Source: Octopus sinensis (Eukaryota). From it: a DNA stretch of 26,559 nucleotides. The stretch is taken from NCBI RefSeq assembly GCF_006345805.1, contig NW_021836580.1, forward strand, positions 1 to 26,559, in the 5' to 3' direction. This document shows positions 19,730-26,559 of this stretch, one piece after another; the first letter of the stretch is position 1, and each line of letters opens with the position of its first letter. A model generated the notes under the pieces. The model was not told the origin of the DNA and ran no database searches. It saw nothing but the letters and a program-made list of their open reading frames with translations. Made by a program: the position numbers and the translations under genes.

Positions 19730-20338
19730 GTTGGCCAAAAGTCATCCGACAGTAATCAAAATTCCATAAAGCTTAATAATCAATTTTATTTATTTACTAT
19801 CAGTATCGCCCGGCGTTGCTCGGGTTTGTTTCGACCCTTTAGAATTGGAATTTATGAAAAGTAAAGATTTTGCATTATGTAGCTTGTTATTCTCTTTAAG
19901 TGAACATTTTTCTGGTTGAAATATACCGAAAAATGGCGACACAGCAGTCAAAACATCGTAAAAGATAGGGATTTTCATAGAAAAAAAAGCACCTTTTTGA
20001 TGTAAATAATTTTTGGTCTTAACATGGTCCGATTTGAATTTTTGAAGAGCAGGTCTTCTTCTATCATACTCTCAATTTTGGTCAACTTGCGCCGCAGGGT
20101 CTCGGAGGAGATAGTGTTAGATGAAGGCTACCAAACCTGCCATACACAGACATCTTCAGCTTTATATAGAGAGAGATTTTGAAAAATGGTGTCGCTCAAG
20201 AAGGACTTCAGTTTGGCCAATTTTCATGATGTTTCCTATTTAGATGCTTTTATTAAATTCATTCAGTTGTTGAACAAAATAAATCTTGAAATTAAATGGT
20301 TTTGATTTACTGTCAGGTAACTTTTGGCCAACCTTGTG
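19727..20338. mobile_element. Tc1/mariner-type MITE (about 232 bp without the insert) in a (TA)n array
   Basis: Left end CATGTTGGCCAAAAGTCATCCGACAGTAATCAAAA; the right-end reverse complement is CACAAGGTTGGCCAAAAGTTACCTGACAGTAAATCAAAA. TA lies on both sides. Confidence 0.78.
19797..20176 (-). mobile_element. Non-autonomous Helitron (380 bp)
   Basis: On the minus strand it starts A^TCTCTCTCTATATAAAG and ends CCCGAGCAACGCCGGG (hairpin)-CGATACTG-ATAG^T. It sits between A and T with no duplication; the terminal CTAG appears as ATAG. Confidence 0.8.
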
Positions 20339-20539
20339 TATATATATATATATCGTAGTGTTTTACTCATTATCTTTTATTATACTTTTAATACTTTTGA
20401 TATATTCAAAATAATATAAATTAATTAATTTTATGTATTGGCTTAAGTTTTTCATTGTTTGATTTGCCTAATAGTGGTTTTTATCTCTAATTTAATATAA
20501 TATCTATATATAATATATATTATATATATATATATATAC

Positions 20540-20612
20540 ATATACATGCATACTTGACAACCAGTGTTACTTTGTTTACGTTCCCGTAACTTAACGATTC
20601 GGGCAAAAAGTG
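20540..20612 (+). mobile_element. Family B 3' module fragment
   Basis: CTTGACAACCAGTG...TTTACGTTCCCGTAACTTAACGATTCGGGCAAAAAG matches 19494-19550. Confidence 0.7.
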
Positions 20613-20921
20613 CGATATAATATATACCAGAAAACAACACCTGAACAAATATATATACACACGTACATACATGACATGATGTTAACACATACATGTACAA
20701 ACGAACACACACACACACACATACATAAGCACATATACAAATATACTAAGTCTACTATTCCTTGTAGTAAGAAGATGAGTAGAGAAAGAATCTAGACGAT
20801 GTTGCTATAAAAACAAATGCTGTGTGTGTTGGCGCGCTCCAAGTTGAAAACTGAGTAATGGGGCGGCAAAGTCGCTTTATCTCACTGAAAAACACATTTT
20901 TGTCATTCCATTAAAGTAGCC

Positions 20922-21748
20922 TCTATGTGGTTGCTCGACATCCTAGAAATAGCAATCAAATCTTGCTCAACTCTCAATACCGCCGTCTTTATAGAAATGG
21001 CGGCGAGCTGACAGAAGTGTTAGCACACCGGGTGAAATGCGTTGCGGTATTTCGTCGGCCGCTACGTTCTGAGTTCAAATTCCGCCGAGGTCGACTTTGC
21101 CTTTCATCCTTTCGGGGTCGATTAAATAAGTACCAGTTACGCACTGGGGTCGATGTAATCGACTCAATCTGTTTGTATGTCCTTGTTTGTCCTCTCTGTG
21201 TGTAGCCCCTTCTGGGTAATAAAGAAATAGGTACGTTGTGGGGTGGGGAATCACATATTGAATAATATGGTCCGAGCAATGTTCCAGACAGTCTATGTTG
21301 GACCCAGCTATGAGAGGTGGTGGAAGCAGTGGCGAAGGTGACAGCGACGGTGACAGCGGGGGGGGGGGGTTAAAACAATAGGACCTACATATTAGATAAT
21401 ATGGCTTTAAATAAACTATGACAATAGCCCACACTACCAAAAACAAAACAAAAACGTCATTACATCCATGGATTGAGCGTTTTAAACCATAGATCACCTG
21501 GATCAGTGCTGATCTGATCATAAGTCCCCTGGTTTAGAGTTAATCTGATCAGCGGTCTCCTGGATCGGAGATTTTATCATGTCTTCTGGATCAGGGCTGA
21601 TGTGGTCTTAGATCTCCTGAGTGATAATTTTCAAGATCAGGTTTGATTTTGATCTCTTGGAACAAGGTTGATCTGGTCATAGGTTTCCTGAATCAAGGTT
21701 GATCTGGACTTAGGTTTCCTGCATCAGGGCTGTTCCGGGGTAAATAAC
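20922..21748 (+). mobile_element. Family C element interrupted by a SINE, with its 3' end amplified as a 31-bp tandem repeat
   Basis: 5' part at 20922-20995; middle remnant CACATATTGAATAATATGGTCC near 21251-21272; 31-bp units at 21488-21748 ending GGGCTGTTCCGGGGTAAATAAC. Treating these parts as one copy is an inference. Confidence 0.55.
20999..21233 (+). mobile_element. Family A SINE, young
   Basis: GGCGGCGAGCTGACAGAAG head, GAGTTCAAATTCCGCC, full core and tail ending AAAGAAATAGGTA. Confidence 0.93.
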
Positions 21749-22195
21749 GCCAGCAGTTCAATTTTGTTTCGTTTATTTCAGATCTCATTTATGTCAATTT
21801 AAAGCATCACTAACCAAACAATTCTAAAGATTATATGACTTTTAGTTTGATATTCGAAGGAAAGCAATCTTAAGCCGATGCTCTAACGTCTCCCATGAAT
21901 ATTCCATACCAAATGCTTTGTGTTTGACAAGGAAATCACCAGGAATTAAATATGATAGCTCTGAAAGAAAGGCAGATTTAGAAGAAATGTTCGATGTTTA
22001 ATCACATATTTTCTGGGTTCAAATTTCTTCGGCTCCATGAGACGGTATCAGTGCAAAATGTGGAAAGGAAAAATTACAACGCGGAATCGAAACCAGATTG
22101 TGGTCTGAAAACTCTGTTCTACTCCAAGAGTTTTTGTCTTTTTCTGCTACTCCAGGATTTTTTTTTCGCTACACCATGATCTTACCTTAACTTAG

Positions 22196-22330
22196 GCGTT
22201 GTCAAATTGGCAGAAGTCTTAGACCATCAACGAACTACTTTTGCGTTATTTATTCTGGTCTTTGCGCTCTGAGTTCAGTTTCTGCCTTGGGTAACTTTGC
22301 CTTTTATCTTCCTGGAGTCGCTAAATAGAC
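22196..22330 (+). mobile_element. Family A SINE, very degenerate
   Basis: TTGGCAGAAG...GCTCTGAGTTCAGTTTCTGCCTTGGGTAACTTTGCCTTTTATCTTCCTGGAGTCG. Confidence 0.65.
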
Positions 22331-22734
22331 GGTGGACTGACGAAACCGTTGGAACACCGAACGAGAAGCTTTGCAATATTTGTTCGGCACCGTAAAGCAT
22401 CGTAAAGGAGGAAAATACTTACTCGGTACCTATATGCTGGACGAAATATCGGATTTTATTAGAAACTAAAAATGTTTACAAATCGTTACACCGAGTTTCA
22501 TGCTTCCGATCTTCGGACGAAAAAAGGGGTAAATAGAACATCAGGACAATATTTATAGTGTTGTAATTTCGATCGAAGCAAATTTTCGCCTAACCGTTTA
22601 TTAGGCGAAAACTTTCCTCGCCTTTATAAATAAAGGGATCTTTTCAATGAATCATATATGGGCATTAGCGCGAGCACAAGCTTTTCAAAAAACCAAATTA
22701 GTAAATAAATAATCTGGAAATAGAGAGGCAGAAA

Positions 22735-23020
22735 GAGAAGAAGAAGAAGAAGAAGAAGAAGAAGAAGAAGAAGAAGAAGAAGAAGAAGAAAGAGAAGAAG
22801 AGAAGAAGAAGAAGAAGAGAACGAGAAGAAGAAGAAGAAGACGGAAGAAGAAGAAGAAGAAGAAGAGAAGAAGAAGAAGAAGAACGAGAAGAAGAAGAAG
22901 AAGAAGAAGAAGAAGAAAAGAACGAGAAGAAGAAGAAGAAGAAGAAGAAGAAGAAGAACAAGAACAACAACAACAACAACAACAGCAACAACAACAATAA
23001 AAACAACAACAACAACAACA
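22735..23020. repeat. (AAG)n then (AAC)n microsatellite
   Basis: Direct reading; recurring AACGAG and AGAG interruptions. Confidence 0.95.
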
Positions 23021-23505
23021 AAATATATGCAAAGCTAGAGAATATAAAAAGTTAAGGATGGTAAAAAGTAATTCATCAATACCAATGAATAAAGAAATTG
23101 TAAAAACAACAAACACAATGTTCAAACAGTCTGAACGTACACACACACACACACACACACACATAAGCAAAATGGCGAGCCTCTATACTCACGAGAGAGA
23201 GAGAGAGAGGTGGGAGGAGAGGAGGTGAGAGAAACCATCGAAACACTCAAAGAATACAAAAGGCAAGAAGCGTAACGATGACACGGATGCACATGCAAAT
23301 GCACATATATGCATGAACATGCACACATACACCCTCATTCACACAAGAGAGGGAGAGACGGAGACGGGGATGGGGGGGGGAGATGTGCACACACTTACAG
23401 AATTAAGTAGGGAGCGCACGTTAAATGTTTACGGGGAAGAATACAAAAACCTTCACAGAACTGAACACAAAGACGTGCACATCGATATACGAACTAACCC
23501 ATACC

Positions 23506-23560
<55 letters not shown>

Positions 23561-24146
23561 CACGGGTGAAATCACATGCAGATCACAAAAATGATGCGAG
23601 ATCACCGAAAGAGAAATAGAAAAATCGTTATCGCGTAATAAAAAGAACCTAATGGAACCAAAACGGAACAAAACAGTAATATGGAATTCAAGCACTGGAA
23701 ACCACCCGTTGCAGAACAGCCACTTTTTAGTCAGAAAAGACTGGATAAACAGTAGAAAATTCCGAAACGACGAAAACAAGTAGCTTGAAAATCCAAAGCA
23801 TTCCGATTTCCACGGGAGTAGATCAAAATTTGACATTGTACTTCTATTCGGTAGGAATCATTTAGAAAACAAATATTTAGATGTGCGCCTGTAAGAGTTT
23901 AATAATTCCGACTTAAGAATTTCTCGTTCAAGTACAACAACGGAGAGCTTGTGAAATTGCGGAATGAGCTGAGTTGACATGGATTCACTCGTTTTAAATT
24001 GAATAATATCTGCATACATATTTATGGAAATGTAAACGAGACGACTAATGAGGGATCCGTTTTCATAACTGACAATCAATCTCCCTAGTCGAAATCGTGA
24101 CTTCCCGCGTGATACACACACACACACACACATATATGTATGTATG

Positions 24147-24203
<57 letters not shown>

Positions 24204-24206
24204 ATC

Positions 24207-24239
<33 letters not shown>

Positions 24240-24242
24240 CTA

Positions 24243-24531
24243 GGATCTTTTCACTCTGACCGGCAATTTTAAAAATATTTTCTTTGTACTAAACACTTTT
24301 AAAATTCGTAGAATGTGTTTATAAAATTGGTAGAATGTGTTACATAAAACACCTTTTTCTTGGCTTTCTTGAGAAAATTCTGTAGTTTGTAAGCTATTTG
24401 TTGTTTGATTTCTTGCATTTCGGCAATTTCAACCAATCAATGACGTCTATTGAGGTGAATTCCATTTCTGCCGTAGTGTTTAGTTACAAAGAAATTATTT
24501 TTAAAATCTGCCGGTCAAAGTGAAAAGATCC
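24243..24531. mobile_element. MITE with roughly 57-bp terminal inverted repeats, TA-flanked
   Basis: 24241-24297 and the reverse complement of 24475-24533 align with two substitutions and two 1-bp indels. TA at both ends fits Tc1/mariner-type insertion. Confidence 0.85.
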
Positions 24532-24536
24532 TATAT

Positions 24537-24590
24537 GGCGGTGCCCCCGCATGGCCACGCCTCGTGAGCTGAAACTAGATAAAATATAAA
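24537..24590 (+). mobile_element. Isolated retroposon 3' tail related to the family B end
   Basis: GGCGGTGCCCCCGCATGGCCACGCC...GCTGAAAC followed by an A/TA-rich tail. Confidence 0.6.
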
Positions 24591-24624
24591 TATATAATAA
24601 TATATATATATATATATTATATAT

Positions 24625-24661
<37 letters not shown>

Positions 24662-24700
24662 GTATAATATATATATATATATAATATATATATATAATCC

Positions 24701-24742
<42 letters not shown>
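24590..24742. repeat. (TA)n array (a further CA/TA array lies at 24113-24240)
   Basis: Direct reading. Confidence 0.93.
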
Positions 24743-24744
<2 letters not shown>

Positions 24745-25039
24745 GGTAAATTGGATGGTGGCAATCTGAAATTTAAAAGTTTTTCCCAAGACGCCACCGC
24801 ACGAATAATCCAAAATCCACAAAGCATGCGTAAAGGATACATAAAAATTTACATCAAAAGAATGGAATTACCTGACTGTGTTTGTTGTTTAGTTTACACG
24901 TGTTTCTTTAGCCTCAGTCAAGCAGTCTTGCATAATGCCATTTCCTCGCTAACAACTGCTGACCTATTTTATGTACTGTAGAGATCTTCCTTAAGAGACA
25001 AATTTGTCCGGACATAACAACAAGCAATGAACCGAGTGA

Positions 25040-25192
25040 GAACCGACGCTGGGTTGTTTACGCCCCCTTAACTTAGCGGTTCAACAAAAGAACCCGATAG
25101 TATAAGTACCAGACTCTGAAAAATAAGTACTGGGATCGATTAAATCCATCGATGCGGTGCCCCAGCGTGGCTGCAGTCCAATGACTAAAACA
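25040..25192 (+). mobile_element. Family B 3' module
   Basis: AACCGACGCTGG...TTTACG...TAACTTAGCGGTTC..CAAAAGA.CCGATAG.ATAAGTACC...GCGGTGCCCCAGCGTGGCTGCAGTCCAATGACTAAAAC. Confidence 0.82.
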
Positions 25193-25238
25193 ATGTGTGT
25201 GTGTGTGTGTGTTTGCATGTATACATACACACACATAC

Positions 25239-25269
<31 letters not shown>

Positions 25270-25412
25270 TGTATGTATGTATGTATGTATGTGTGTGTAT
25301 GTATGTAATGTATGTATGTATGTGTGTATGTATGTATGTATGTAATGTATGTATGTAATGTATGTATGTATGTATGCATGTATGTATGTATGTATGTATG
25401 TATGTATGTATA
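25193..25412. repeat. (TG)n and (TATG)n arrays; the latter abuts the RTE 3' end
   Basis: Direct reading. Confidence 0.93.
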
Positions 25413-26559
25413 TGATGGACTCTCCCGTCGGTTTCGACGTATGAGGATCCGCCAACGATTTGCAATAAAGCCCTCAGATCCTGCAATTATAAGGATAACA
25501 GGGCAGTGCAGCTAGTATATTTGCGGCCGCTTCTCTCCTTTGCCTTGCACTGCGAAGCCTGTTAATGCTGGTTGCAACAAAGTTTCTCCACGATCTTGAG
25601 CTATACAAAAGAGTCGTAAGAATGGCAGCTTTATAAACCTGTACTTTAGTGTCAAGTTTGATTCCCCTTTCATTTCATAGGCGAGAACAGAATTTGCAAA
25701 ACGGTTGGCGATTTCATCTAGAGAAGCGCCCGAATTCACTTTACTACTTCACATAATTTAGGTTTTTTCTATCAACCTGTATAGAAGTACCAGGAAAATT
25801 ATGAACCGGTGGCTTCTGCCGGACACCTCAAATTTCTTTAGGAGTAGGGCAAGGTTGGTGGATTACCTCCTTCTTCTTGATACTGATGGTGATGTTGATG
25901 TTGAGCGAAGCGGTCTTCTGTTGTGAGAGAAGTCCGAAACGTGGTCCTTTGCTATTCGTAAGACCCGCAGAAGAGAAAGCGGGTCAACCCCCGACACCGA
26001 GAGCATCGATGGATGGATGAATGCGCATCCAGGCTCAGCGGTTGCGTAGGAAGTCGGGGACAAGAAACAGGAAGAAAGAGTGAGAGAAAGTTGGAGCGAA
26101 AGAGTACAACAGGGGTTGCCACCACCCCCTGCCGGAGCCTCGTGGAGCTTTAGGTGTTTTCGCTCAATAAACACACACAACGCCCGGTCTGGGAATCGAA
26201 ACCGCGATCCTCCGACCGCTAGTCCGCTGCCCTAACCATTGGGCCATTGCGCCTCCACTGATACTGTTGGTCAAATTAAAGGCTTTGCATGCAGTAGAAA
26301 ACCGGTCTAGAAGTTCCTGAACTTCCTCTAAGGAGGTCCTTACTAGTGCAGCATCATCTGCAAAAAGTTTGATCACGAATGATACTGGTGCGTAGCAGTG
26401 TTCTGGCTTTGATACGCTGATGACTGACCACCACTTGTTCGAAACTGATACCACCTCAGCATGGCTGAAAAGAAGGGTGCAAACAAAACAGGGGGCATAA
26501 CACAACCTTGCTTTGTGTCGTTTGTAACGTCGAGGGAAGCCGAAGATTCTCCACCGGAC
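25413..26559 (-). pseudogene. Decayed RTE-clade LINE reverse transcriptase ORF (3' part), frameshifted, internally deleted and interrupted by a SINE; runs off the window end
   Basis: Hand translation of the minus strand gives SGGESSASLDVTNDTKQGCVMPPVLFAPFFSAML..YQFRTSGG / LFADDAALV..SLEEVQELLDRFSTACKAFNLT / TISIKKKEVIHQP / LDEIANR / GIKLDTKVQVYKAAILTTLLYSSRSW / YNCRI*GLYCKS. These follow the RTE RT motif order (KQGC..P.LF; FADD at 26353-26364; ISxKKT; TKxxVY..LLY). Confidence 0.88.
25891..26258 (-). mobile_element. tRNA-derived SINE (third family) inserted in the RTE remnant, with a 13-bp target-site duplication
   Basis: Head GGAGGCGCAATGGCCCAATGGTTAGG (A box) and GGTTTCGATTCCC (B box); CAACAT tail; TGATACTGATGGT at 25878-25890 and TGATACTGTTGGT at 26259-26271. 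Confidence 0.9.

Noticed and set aside
21488-21748. CRISPR-like array
   Set aside because: The units are contiguous, degenerate and lack unique spacers; there are no cas genes and the context is eukaryotic.
23453-23836. 127-aa minus-strand ORF
   Set aside because: About a third is (TG)n translation and the rest is Phe/Leu-rich, as expected from the complement of A-rich DNA; no motif recognised.
26190-26258. tRNA-like sequences here and at 2466, 17107, 19262 and 20999
   Set aside because: A and B boxes are present but there is no complete cloverleaf, and each runs into a SINE body.
26415-26450. CTGATGA...GAAAC hammerhead-like core
   Set aside because: The sequence between the motifs cannot form stem II, and it lies antisense within the RTE coding remnant.

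Overview
Eukaryotic, repeat-dominated DNA that reads as intronic or intergenic. The microsatellite load and SINE families resemble what I recall from octopus (coleoid cephalopod) genomes; the organism is an inference, not a search result. Almost every ORF in the supplied track is a microsatellite or SINE artefact. The only protein homology I can support is a decayed RTE-clade LINE reverse transcriptase on the minus strand (about 25413-26559), interrupted by a tRNA-derived SINE with a target-site duplication. Other elements: (A) about 16 copies of a tRNA-headed SINE with a conserved core; (B) a CORE-like SINE that appears chimeric; (C) a roughly 200-bp element ending in (AAC)n; a 635-bp element inside a (TAA)n array; a non-autonomous Helitron nested in a Tc1/mariner-type MITE; a second MITE; and a Helentron-like (HINE) element. 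The best candidate for new coding content is a compact, unverified 3-exon model for a 66-aa secreted peptide at 13397-13795. I found no rRNA, true tRNA, CRISPR array or recognisable multi-gene system, and I cannot support a claim of a new biological system from this sequence alone. Boundaries of degenerate copies are approximate (about +/-15 bp).
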